From an uncultured Thermoplasmata archaeon (GTDB taxonomy: Archaea; Thermoplasmatota; Thermoplasmata; RBG-16-68-12), in the NCBI GenBank assembly GCA_963768855.1, contig CAVYJM010000015.1, positions 1 to 64,000 of the forward strand: 64,000 nucleotides of DNA, given 5' to 3'. The notes under the pieces were generated by a model. The model was not told where the DNA came from, did not search any database, and was given only the letters and a program-made list of their open reading frames with translations. Numbering within the stretch: the first letter of the stretch is position 1; every line of letters starts with the position of its first letter. The translations under genes were made by a program, and so were the position numbers. This document shows, one piece after another, positions 49,113-58,700 of this stretch.

Positions 49113-50162
49113 TCAGTTCTCTCCGGCGAGCTCTTCGTACTGCCGATCGAAGAACTCGGTGAGCTTCTTCCAGTCCCGGTGCTCGTGTACGAAGGCCTGG
49201 CCGCGGCGACCCAGTTCCGGATGGTCCAGAGCCGCCAAGGTCTGCCGCTCGAGATCCTCGAGGGACGAGGGATCGAAGAGGAAACCGCCGCCGGAGTCCT
49301 GGATGATCTCGCGGGGGCCGAACAGGTTCGGACCCACGACCGTCTTCCCGCACGTCATCGCCTCCGGGAGCGTCGTCGACGCGGACTCATAGAGGCTCGT
49401 GCTGACGTGGACCGAGCAACCCTGGAAGGCGGACACGACCATGGGACGGGGCAGCCGCTCGAAGTAGCGCACATTGGCAGGCCAGGGCTCCCTCACTTCC
49501 TGCTGGGCCTCCGCGAGCGGACGGTCCGTCACGACGACGAACACGCGGTCTGGGATTCGCTTCGCGAGCCAGACGAAGGAGTCCAAACCCTTCTCGTGAG
49601 AGAGCCTCCCCACCCATAGGAGATACCCGGGCGGCAGCCCGCTGGTCTTCAGGAAGTCCTCCGGGCCCGTGCGGTCGAACTCGGCGAAGTCGATGCCGGG
49701 CGGGGTGACCGCCGGCGAGAGGCCCGTCCGCTCCTTCACGTAATCCCGTAGCCACCGGGCCACGACGGTCGACCGGGGAGCGGCCTGGACCACACGGAGC
49801 GCCGCCGCGTTATACTCCCGGATGTCGCGGATCATGTCGGGCCGGTGGGGCCAGTGCTCCTCGAACCCGACGCCATGGAGGGTGAACATCCATGGGAGGA
49901 ATTTCGGCATGGAGCCCATGACCTCCGCGTACACGATCGACCGGTGGACGTGGGCCACTCGTTCGCGGCGAGCGATGCGCTCGAACGCGGGATAGGCGAA
50001 CGACAGGGCCCGGCTCCGGCGTCCCGCCCAACGGAGACCCCAGACGATTTCCTCGACTTCGCGGGCGACGTGCAGATCGTGTCGAGAATGGGCGGCGATC
50101 GACTGGAGGAAGCGGGCGCCGCCACCGGGTCGCTTCGCGAGTGGGCCGATCCAGACTCGGAG
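49113..50162 (-). CDS. GT4 glycosyltransferase; the true start lies upstream of the tracked GTG 49958 and has no canonical start codon
   Basis: WVGRLSHEKG and ESASTTLPEAMTCG. The frame stays open upstream and encodes LRVWIGPLAKRPGGGARF, a typical GT4 first strand and Gly loop. Confidence 0.85.
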   Translation of the reverse strand, partial: LRVWIGPLAKRPGGGARFLQSIAAHSRHDLHVAREVEEIVWGLRWAGRRSRALSFAYPAFERIARRERVAHVHRSIVYAEVMGSMPKFLPWMFTLHGVGFEEHWPHRPDMIRDIREYNAAALRVVQAAPRSTVVARWLRDYVKERTGLSPAVTPPGIDFAEFDRTGPEDFLKTSGLPPGYLLWVGRLSHEKGLDSFVWLAKRIPDRVFVVVTDRPLAEAQQEVREPWPANVRYFERLPRPMVVSAFQGCSVHVSTSLYESASTTLPEAMTCGKTVVGPNLFGPREIIQDSGGGFLFDPSSLEDLERQTLAALDHPELGRRGQAFVHEHRDWKKLTEFFDRQYEELAGEN

Positions 50163-50262
50163 ACGTTCAGTGGTCGGACGGCTCCCCCCGGGGGTGCGCG
50201 GATGCCGCCCGTCCTACTAATAACCGCGCTTGGAGGACCCGAACCTCCGCGGGAACGTGAAC

Positions 50263-51459
50263 CTAGGTGCGAGCGCTCGCGGCGAGGAACGATTCGAGGT
50301 CCTTCGCGTAGCTCTCAAGGGAATGATGTTCCCGCACCGTTTGCAGCGCGCGCGCCGTGATCTCGGATTCGTCATCCTCTAAGGTCCGGATGATCGAGTC
50401 CGCCAACTGCTCGGGCGACTTCTCCGGAACGAGATGCCCCGTGTCGCCGTCCACGACCAACTCGCTGAGCCCGCCGATGTCGCTGCACACCAGCGGAACG
50501 CCGGACGCCATGGCCTCTATCGCCGAAATCGATGACGCTTCCTGGATTCCCTGGATCGTGATGGACGGGATGACGACGACATCCGCGACGTTGTACAGGT
50601 AGGGGATGATCGGAGGGGCCACGCCGCCCAGGAAAGTGACGCGGCCTTCCACGCCGAGGCTCTTTCGGAGCTGGAACAACTCCGGGTACTGGATGCCTTC
50701 TCCGGCGATGAGGAACTGGACCCGCTCCCTGCGCTCGGCGAGGATCTTCGCGGCGCGAATGAAGACGTCGACCCCATTCTTGGGGCTCAGCCTCCGCGGG
50801 CAGAGAACCACCTTGGCATCCTCCTTGACGTACTCGTCGAGATGCAGGCCGCTGCGATCGAGCGCCTCGCGTGCGACCGACTTGTCCCGAGGCCTGAATT
50901 CGGACGTGTCCACGAAGTTGAGCCGAACCGACATCTTGCGGGGATCCGGGTTCGCCTCTTCCAGGATGTAGTTCTTGATCCGGGAGTCCACGGCAAAGAT
51001 GAGGTCGGCGTGGCGATAGGCGTACTTCTCCAGGGCCCGCGCGAACTCCGCGTCCCGGGTGTTAGGCTGCAGGAAGCCTGCATGCAGGTCCCCGAAGGTG
51101 TAGTAGTCATGCACCGTCAGGAGGACGGGCACGTCGAGGAACCGGGCGATCCAGCGAGCGCCGAGCAAGCAGGAAACGTGATGGGCGTTCACGAGCTTCG
51201 TGTCCGAGCGGACTACGTGCCGGAGCGCCAAGGAGGCGTGGACGACCTCGGTCAGAATCGTGGAAACGGCCAGGTGTTTTCCAGGGAACAACTTGGAGAT
51301 CCACCAGCAGGCGCCGAGAACGGGCTTTGGAATCGTGTTGTGGGACGAGAGGAGGCTCGTGTTGCCCGTGAGAGCGATGACCTTCTCGAGCGAGGCCATG
51401 TGGGACGAGGCGCCCCCCATTTCCCAGTCGGCCCAAGGAGCCATGAGCAGCACTTTCAT
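50263..51459 (-). CDS. GT4 glycosyltransferase
   Basis: MGGASSH, PRRLSPKNG and EASSISAIEAMASGVP. Confidence 0.93.
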   Translation of the reverse strand: MKVLLMAPWADWEMGGASSHMASLEKVIALTGNTSLLSSHNTIPKPVLGACWWISKLFPGKHLAVSTILTEVVHASLALRHVVRSDTKLVNAHHVSCLLGARWIARFLDVPVLLTVHDYYTFGDLHAGFLQPNTRDAEFARALEKYAYRHADLIFAVDSRIKNYILEEANPDPRKMSVRLNFVDTSEFRPRDKSVAREALDRSGLHLDEYVKEDAKVVLCPRRLSPKNGVDVFIRAAKILAERRERVQFLIAGEGIQYPELFQLRKSLGVEGRVTFLGGVAPPIIPYLYNVADVVVIPSITIQGIQEASSISAIEAMASGVPLVCSDIGGLSELVVDGDTGHLVPEKSPEQLADSIIRTLEDDESEITARALQTVREHHSLESYAKDLESFLAASART

Positions 51460-51698
51460 GATGCTCGATCCCCGCTCCGCGTCCCCTTCATCGTGCGACC
51501 CGATGCTCTTCTGAAAAACCGATCCAGACGGAACTCAGATACGTCGCCCCAGCCGGTTCCTTCCTCCCGAGCGCCGCTCGATGAGGCCGGTCTTATTTCA
51601 ACGTTCTTTCCGCCCTCGCGGGAATCAGTTCGACGAGTGTCTAACGCCCCCGCGTGCCGCCGCGCCATCGAAGTGCGAAGGAGCGCGCTGAGACCCCG

Positions 51699-52994
51699 CT
51701 AGGGGTTCTGCTCCCGTGGCGGCTCCGCCGACCACGAGTGCCTCATCAACGACGTACCGATCCACCACGATTCGACCATCTTCCCCGAGCCGAAGAAGTC
51801 CCCGCTCTCGACGCGGAGCATGACCCCGCTCGGGCAGAGCAGCTCGAGTTCGTGAGGACCCCGCAGGGTGACGGGCAGATTGTACTCTCCCGGGGCAAGG
51901 GGCACCTCCGGAATCCGGCAGACGAACGAGGTGAGGGGTGAATCGATCCTCAGATCCTCATCCGTGAGCAGGTTGCTGACGTTCGCGATGCGGCGACCCG
52001 AGGTGTCGTCGATTCCGATGTCGATCGCGACGCCTCCCGAGACTCCCTTCGTCTCGAACGTGCATCGGATTAGGAACGTCTGTCCCGACACGACCCGGTC
52101 GATGACGTGGCCCTGCTCGTCGAGGAAGTCGACTGCGACGAGGGACGCGCGACCGTCCGGCGTCGTGGCCAGGGTCCGGCCGGACTGCGCGGTGGTCGGC
52201 ACGGACTTGAGGTACTGGTCGACCACGTAGTGCGGCTCCCCGTCGCACACGAGGCGGCCCTCCGCCAGCATGAATGCGCGCGTGCAAATCCCCTGGATCG
52301 AGGCCATGTTGTGACTCACGACGAGGACGGTCCTCCCTTCCCTCGTGATCTCCCGCATCTTGCCCAGGCTCTTCTTCTGGAACGCGGTGTCGCCGACCGC
52401 GAGGACCTCGTCGACGAGGAGGATCTCCGTGTCGAGATGGGCCGCCACGGAGAAGCCGAGCCGGACCTGCATCCCGCTCGAGTACCGCTTGACGGGAGTG
52501 TCGATGAACTTCTCGTACTCCGCGAACGCGACGATCTCGTCGAACTTGCGATCGATCTCGGCCCGCTTCATGCCCAGGATCGCGCCGCTGAGGTAGACGT
52601 TCTCGCGGCCCGTCAGCTCCTGGTGGAATCCGGTTCCCACCTCCAGGAGCGAGCCGATCCGCCCGTGGATCTCGCCCCGGCCCTCCGTGGGATCCGTGAC
52701 GCGGGAGAGGATCTTGAGCAACGTCGTCTTCCCGGCCCCGTTGCGGCCGACGATCCCGACGACCTCGCCGGGCTCAACCGTGAACGAGACGTCCTTCAGG
52801 GCCCAGATGTAGGACGATGCGTCGGAGTCAGACCCGGCTGCCCCGCTTCCGCCGTTCGAACCGAGCCGACCTCGGGCTCTCGAGAACGGCCCCATGAGGG
52901 TGTCCCGGAGCGTATTGTAGCTGTACCGCTGCCCGATCCGATATCGTTTCGACAGCTTCTCGGCTCGAATCGCGATTTCGCTCACGTCGGTCAC
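51699..52994 (-). CDS. wzt: Polysaccharide ABC exporter ATPase with C-terminal Wzt_C-like carbohydrate-binding domain
   Basis: WALKDVSF, GRNGAGKTT, GFHQELTGREN, YSSGMQVRL, VDEVLAVGD, and a C-terminal beta-sandwich (LAPGEY). GTG 52994 overlaps the wzm stop. Confidence 0.93.
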   Translation of the reverse strand: MTDVSEIAIRAEKLSKRYRIGQRYSYNTLRDTLMGPFSRARGRLGSNGGSGAAGSDSDASSYIWALKDVSFTVEPGEVVGIVGRNGAGKTTLLKILSRVTDPTEGRGEIHGRIGSLLEVGTGFHQELTGRENVYLSGAILGMKRAEIDRKFDEIVAFAEYEKFIDTPVKRYSSGMQVRLGFSVAAHLDTEILLVDEVLAVGDTAFQKKSLGKMREITREGRTVLVVSHNMASIQGICTRAFMLAEGRLVCDGEPHYVVDQYLKSVPTTAQSGRTLATTPDGRASLVAVDFLDEQGHVIDRVVSGQTFLIRCTFETKGVSGGVAIDIGIDDTSGRRIANVSNLLTDEDLRIDSPLTSFVCRIPEVPLAPGEYNLPVTLRGPHELELLCPSGVMLRVESGDFFGSGKMVESWWIGTSLMRHSWSAEPPREQNP

Positions 52995-53845
52995 ACCACA
53001 TCCGGAAGGGTCTTCTCGACCCGAGCAAAGTAGAACGCGCCGCTCACGAAGAGGACGAGGGCGACGAGGACGGAGAGCCAGGACGTCGCGTCGAAGCCAA
53101 AGGCCTGTCCGAGCAGGGCCCACCGGAACCCGTCGACGACCCCGACCATCGGGTTCAGGGAGTAGATCCATCGGAACGGGCCCGTGACGAACGAGGGCGG
53201 GTAGATGACCGGAGTCGCGAACAGCCAGAACTGGGTGAGGAAGGGGATCGTGTAGTGGATGTCGCGATACCGCGCGTCCAGCGCGGAGAGCCAGAAGGCG
53301 ATCCCCAGGCTCGTGACGATCGCGAGGAGCAGGAAGAGGGGGAGCGCGATCATCGCCAGGGTCGGAACGAGCCCGAAGTAGAGCATGAGCCCGACGAGGA
53401 CGACGGAGGCGATCCCGAAGTCGACGAGCCCGGCGACCACGGTCGAGGCGGGCAGGAGGATCCGCGGGAAGTAGACCTTCGTGATCAAGGCCTGGTTCGC
53501 CGTGATGCTCATGCCGCCGGTCGCCAGGCCGGTGGCGAAGAGCCCCCACGGGAGGAGGCCCGCATAGGAGAAGGCGGGATACGGGATCCCGTTCGTCTGG
53601 ATCGCCGCCACCTGTCCGAAGAAGATGGTGAACACGATCATCAGGAGCACAGGCTGGAGGATCGCCCAGGCGGCGCCGATCACCGTCTGCTTGTAGCGGA
53701 CCTTGAGGTCGCGCCATGCGAAGAAGTACAGGAGCTCGCGGTACTCCCACATCTCGCGGAGGTTGATCCGGCTCCACCCCTTCGAGGGGCGGATCCGCAG
53801 AACCGGAGGGTGCTTGCGCGCTTGGGCGGGGACCGACTCGGCCAT
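52991..53845 (-). CDS. wzm: Polysaccharide ABC exporter permease
   Basis: RDLKVRYKQTVIGAAWAILQP, NQALITKVYFPR, RYRDI, LFATPVIYP and LNPM. Confidence 0.95.
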   Translation of the reverse strand: MAESVPAQARKHPPVLRIRPSKGWSRINLREMWEYRELLYFFAWRDLKVRYKQTVIGAAWAILQPVLLMIVFTIFFGQVAAIQTNGIPYPAFSYAGLLPWGLFATGLATGGMSITANQALITKVYFPRILLPASTVVAGLVDFGIASVVLVGLMLYFGLVPTLAMIALPLFLLLAIVTSLGIAFWLSALDARYRDIHYTIPFLTQFWLFATPVIYPPSFVTGPFRWIYSLNPMVGVVDGFRWALLGQAFGFDATSWLSVLVALVLFVSGAFYFARVEKTLPDVV

Positions 53846-54175
53846 CTACCGGTCCCTCCTCCCGGCCCGGGCCGAGCAGAGCCCGCGTTCTCCGTCACCG
53901 CGGGCGTCACGCGGGCCTCCTGCGGCCCCGCCCGAACCGAGGGCGACGGGTGGGGTGAAGGGTACGGACGGAGCGGGCGTGGAGGGTCACCTTCTGGATG
54001 GCCGTGGCCGAACACGCCAGTCCCACTTATTTCTATTCGTTCGGGGCAGGGAGCCGGACGGGCGTTCGACCCTCCTTTGGGTCGTGGCCCTCGTCCCAGC
54101 GCGGAAGCCGGAACGGACGGCCGGGACATCGATCGGTCCGGCCCAACCCGTCCGAGCCACGAAGGGCCGGAGCCG

Positions 54176-54514
54176 TCACGCGGACGTGACGCCCCGGTTC
54201 CAATCGAACATCGGGCGGTAGCCCATGAGGCGGTCGTACTGCTCGTCGTCGAGGCTGTCCCGCGCCTGCCGCAGGACAGACCGCATCGACTTGACGTCCA
54301 TGGGCCGGTTCGAGGCCATGACCAAGAGGAGCTCGAGGTATTGGGAGACGACATTGAGGCGCATGCTGTCGTCGTAGTGCTCGAGCGGAAAGAGCCAGCC
54401 CCGGACGGTCCGGAGGCTCGACGACGCGCGCTCCGTGAGCATGACGGGGCCGTTCGGCTTGGGCCGCGGGTCCCACTCGCGAATCCCCTCATTCTGCGGT
54501 CGATGCGCCTTCAC
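54176..54514 (-). CDS. Hypothetical protein (~112 aa, helical)
   Basis: GTG 54514 after GGAG. AT-rich box CTTACATACA about 30 nt upstream. Confidence 0.55.
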   Translation of the reverse strand: MKAHRPQNEGIREWDPRPKPNGPVMLTERASSSLRTVRGWLFPLEHYDDSMRLNVVSQYLELLLVMASNRPMDVKSMRSVLRQARDSLDDEQYDRLMGYRPMFDWNRGVTSA

Positions 54515-54867
54515 GTTCTCCGGAGTGGGTGCCGTCGCGGTGTATGTAAGGCTTGGCGGGGCGGTATCAGAGGCGGTAATTATGCACGGCGCCGCCCCGC
54601 CGGGTCCGTCTGCGTACCCATGGCGTGGCGGGGTGGGCGTTGCGGGAAGCGGCAGGCTTATATGTGGCAAGGGGGAGGGTTCATAGGCTTGCACTCCCCT
54701 ATCGTGAGGCACGTGAATCGGGGGAGTGCGGACCGCTTAGCGACCGGATGCGAGCCTCGGCGGGGCTCGGCCCTCGCTCGCGCGCACGCATCCGTCTGCC
54801 AGGGGATCGAACCGCCCTGGTTCGGCGGGCCGCGTGGATGGATGCCGTTCACAAAGGGGGAGGTCGC

Positions 54868-55443
54868 ATGACGGACAAGAGCTACGACGAACTGACTCGG
54901 GAGCTGGTACGACTACGGGAGCAACTGAATGCCGAGGAGAGCGCGGGGCCTCGGAAGAAAAGGCGGGGACTCGCGGCCTTCAAGGTCGAAGTGCTCGCTC
55001 TCGCGTTCATCCTGACCTCCGTCGGCGTACTCGCCACCTTCGTGCTCTTCTCGCAGACGCCGACCTACGTCTCGAGCGCGAACCTCACGAGCGGATGCGC
55101 CACGCCGAGCGGGGCGGCCGTCGGGTCCTTGCTCATCTTCTCGTGCCCGGCCGCGCCCATCCACGTCGCGAGCACCGCATCGGGCTCCGTGACCTATTCC
55201 GCATTCACCCATCCGACGAACATCACGGATGCCTACCTGGCCGATGCAGCGGTGAGCAGTGGCACGACGTGCGCCCTCTGGAGTTCCCCTGGAAACGAGC
55301 CGATCCCACTGGCCTTCGTGGGTGGCTCGATCTCCATCGGAACGAATGTGGGGACCCTACGTCAGAATCACGGATACTTCTACTGCATGGACTTCTCGTC
55401 CGCGCCGCCGAGCTTCAGCTTCACGGTGGACTGGACCCAGTAG
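54868..55443 (+). CDS. Bitopic membrane protein: N-terminal coiled coil, basic patch, TM, Cys-containing extracellular beta domain
   Basis: GGGGGAGG RBS. YDELTRELVRLREQL, RKKRRG, then a hydrophobic helix. Confidence 0.75.
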   Translation: MTDKSYDELTRELVRLREQLNAEESAGPRKKRRGLAAFKVEVLALAFILTSVGVLATFVLFSQTPTYVSSANLTSGCATPSGAAVGSLLIFSCPAAPIHVASTASGSVTYSAFTHPTNITDAYLADAAVSSGTTCALWSSPGNEPIPLAFVGGSISIGTNVGTLRQNHGYFYCMDFSSAPPSFSFTVDWTQ

Positions 55444-55489
55444 AGCCCGTCCTTCGGTAGCCCGTCCCGCCCCCTCGAGGCGCGGTCCT

Positions 55490-55759
55490 CGGGGCGGCGA
55501 ACCCGCCAGGATCCAGCTCCGCCCAGGCCATCGAGGACCTGGCGAAGGACCCGAGGCCACGCCGGGGCCCGGGCATCGGTCTCCCCGCAGGACGGAGGGG
55601 GGTTGGCGACTGCGCGTCGGAGCCAGCCGGACCATCCACGAACTCGGAGCGAGGGACCTCCAGTTTACGCGGTCGGGCCATTGGTCCAGGGCGTACCTGG
55701 TCGGACCCGGGGACGAAGACGCGGAGATCGCACGGGCCTGGGGAGCCTTCTCCGCCTAG
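55490..55759 (+). pseudogene. Degenerate RelE/ParE-family toxin remnant
   Basis: AIEDLAKDPRP (55527-55559) in one frame and WRLRVGASRTIHE...GHWSRAY (55604-55696) in another. No start codon. The 5' boundary is approximate. Confidence 0.6.
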
Positions 55760-58700
55760 GGCCGCGGAGGTGGCAGGTCGATCGGGTCGGGCTCTTCGGG
55801 AGGGGTCCCCGCCCCGGGCGTCGTGCCGACCCTTGACTCCGGCGGCCCACGCTTCCTTCGCTGCCAGACGCTCAGGGCCACGAACCCCGCCACGATCGCC
55901 GCGAGCGCTCCAATCCCGATCCCTGCGGCCAGGACGCCGACATCGAATCCGGCCGAGGACGCCTGGACGATCACGCTGAACGAGGCAGTCGCCTGATTGC
56001 CGGCCGCGTCCACGGCCGTGCAGGTGACCGACGTCGTCCCGATTGGGAACGTGGAGCCAGACGCGGGGGAGCACGTCACGGTGGGCGCGGGATCCGCGGT
56101 GTCCGAGACCGTGGGCGCAAAATAGACCACGGCTCCGCTCGGTCCCGTCGAGTTCACGGTGAAATCCTCCGGCACGACGAGGGTCGGCCGGGTCGTGTCC
56201 CGCACGGTCACCCGGAACGTGGAGGCCGCGCGGTTCCCGGTCTCGTCCACCGCCGTGCAGGCCACCGACGTCACGCCGAGCGGGAACGTGGAGCCCGAGG
56301 CAGGCACGCAGGTCGGGGCGAGGGGGCCGCCCAGGTTATCCGTCGCGGACGCCTCGAAGACCACCTTCGCGCCCGAGGGCGACGTGGCCTCCACGGTCAC
56401 GTCGGCCGGTGCGGTGACGACCGGGGGAACGGGGTCCAGGATCCAGGGCTCGGCGCCCGTCGTCCCGTTGTCCGCGGTGACCAGCAAGGCACCGTTCAGG
56501 CCCGCCATGGACCCGCGTCCGAAGCCGTCGGGCCGGAGGGCGGCGAGGACCACGATAGGCCCAAAGAGGCCGCCACCGCCGAAGTACAGGCCGCTCACCT
56601 GGGCCGTCCCTGCGGCCGTCCCGTTCGTGCGCCACAGGACGGCGCCGCCCGTGCCGTCGTCCGCGAGGAAGTACAGGACGCCGTCAATCGGGGTGATCAT
56701 GCCGGCACCGCCGCCCAGCGGACCGGGGAGCAGGTCGAGGACCATGCTCGTGCCCGCGGACGTGCCGTCGCTGCGCCAGAGCTCCGGGCCGTGGACCCGG
56801 TCGTCCGCCGCGAAGTACGCGATGCCCTGGAAGACCGTGATGGGGCCGAAGATGCTGCTGTTCGCCCCCGGCGCGATGTTCTTCACGAGGACCGTGCCCG
56901 CCGAGGTGGCGTCGGACCGCCAGAGCTCGCCCCCGTTGAGCGGATCCTCCGCGGCGAACAGGAGGAGATTGCCCAACGCACTCGCGTACCGCGCGTAGGA
57001 GCTCTCTCCGCCCGGGTAGATGTCGCGGAGCATGTACGTCCCCGCGTTCGTCCCGTCGCTGCGCCAGAGCTCACTGCCGTTCGCGTCGTATGCGGTGAAG
57101 AAGAGGAGCCCGTTCGCCACGACGAACTGCGAGGGGTATCCGCCGGACGTCCCCGGCACGAGGTCGCTCACGAGCTCGGTGCCCGCGGCTTCCCCGTCCG
57201 ACCGCCACAGCTCGCATCCCGTGGTCCCGTTGCTCGCGGCGAAGTAGACGTCCCCGCTAAAGGGGATGACGGGGCCGCCGCAGTATCCGTCGGCGATCCC
57301 CGGCGCGATGTCCTGGACGAGGACCGTGCCCACGGCGGTGCCGTCGCTCCTCCAGAGCTCCAGGCCCAGCACGGGGTCCCTCGCGGCGAAGTACAGGCCG
57401 TCCCCGACGGCCGTCAGGTCCATCGCGCCGGCCTGCGCGCCGAGGTTCCGGACCAGGTGGGTGCCTCCCTCCGTGCCGTCGCTCGTCCACAGGTTGTACC
57501 CGCTCACCCCATCTCCCGCGAGGAAGTAGAGGGAGCCGTTCATGATCGTGAGATCGGAGATCATCGAGCCCCCGGGGCCGGGGTTGATGTCCTTGACGAG
57601 GCGCGTCCCCGCGCCGCTGCCGTCCGTGGCCCAGAGCTCGTCCCCGTGCTCCGTGTCGACCGCGCGGAAGAAGCTCACGTTGCCGAGGGTCGTGAACATG
57701 GAAGCGCCGCTGCCCTGGGTGCCCGTGTTCACGTCCTTCACGAGGACCGTGCCCGCGCTCGTGCCGTCGCTCTTCCACAGCTCCAAGCCGGTCGCATCCG
57801 ACATCGCGGCGAAGAAGAGTGCTGAGCCCAGGGCGGTCAGGCCCGTCGGGTAGGAACCGTCGGGGCCGGCGAGGATGTCCTTCAGGAGGACCGCGTCCCC
57901 GGGACCACCCGCGGTCCGCCACAGTTCGTAGCCGTGGATGCCGTCGTTCGCGCGGAAGTAGAGGATCCCACCCACGGGCGTGAGAGAGTCCGGATAGCTG
58001 CCCACGGAGCCGGGACCGATGTCCTTCGTCATCCACGTCCCGGAGGCGGTGCCGTTCGTGCGCCAGAGCTCCCAGCCGCTCGCGTTGTAGGCGGTGAAGT
58101 AGAGCAGGCCGCCCGCGACGGTGAGGTAGGACGGGCTGCTGCCGATGGATCCCGGGTACACGTCGTCGACCATCCACGTCCCCGATGCCGTGCCGTTGGT
58201 CCGCCAGAGCTCCTGGCCGCTCGCGTTGGTCGCGACGAAGTAGAGCAGGCCGCCCATCGGCGTGAAGAGGTAGGGATTGCTGTCGCCGAGCGGGTTGATG
58301 TCCTTCACGAGGTAGGTGCCCGCGGTCGTGCCGTCGCTCCGCCACACCTCCTGCCCGCTCGCGTTGGCCGCGCGGAAGAACAGGAGCCCGCCCCAGGACG
58401 TGAAGCTGCTCGGGCCGCCGGAGGAGGCGCCCGGGTAGACGTCCTTGACGAGCCGCGTGCCCGCGGTCGTGCCGTCCGTCCCCCAAAGTTCCGTGCCGTT
58501 GAGCGCGTCGGTGCCCGTGAAGAACAGGGTCGATCCGACGGCGGCGAGATTGTACCCGATGCTGAAATAGGCCGACGGGGAAGGGCCTCCAGACGAGGAC
58601 CGTGCCCGCCTCCGTGCCGTCCGTCCGCCAGAGCTGCGTGCCGTTCACGGGATCCGTGGCCTGGAAGAAGACCGAGCCGGCGAAGGGTGTGCAGCTCATC

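Noticed and set aside
51699-53777. 692 aa ORF suggesting a Wzm-Wzt fusion
   Set aside because: The first 261 codons are an off-frame shadow of wzm. The real wzt starts at GTG 52994, overlapping the wzm stop.
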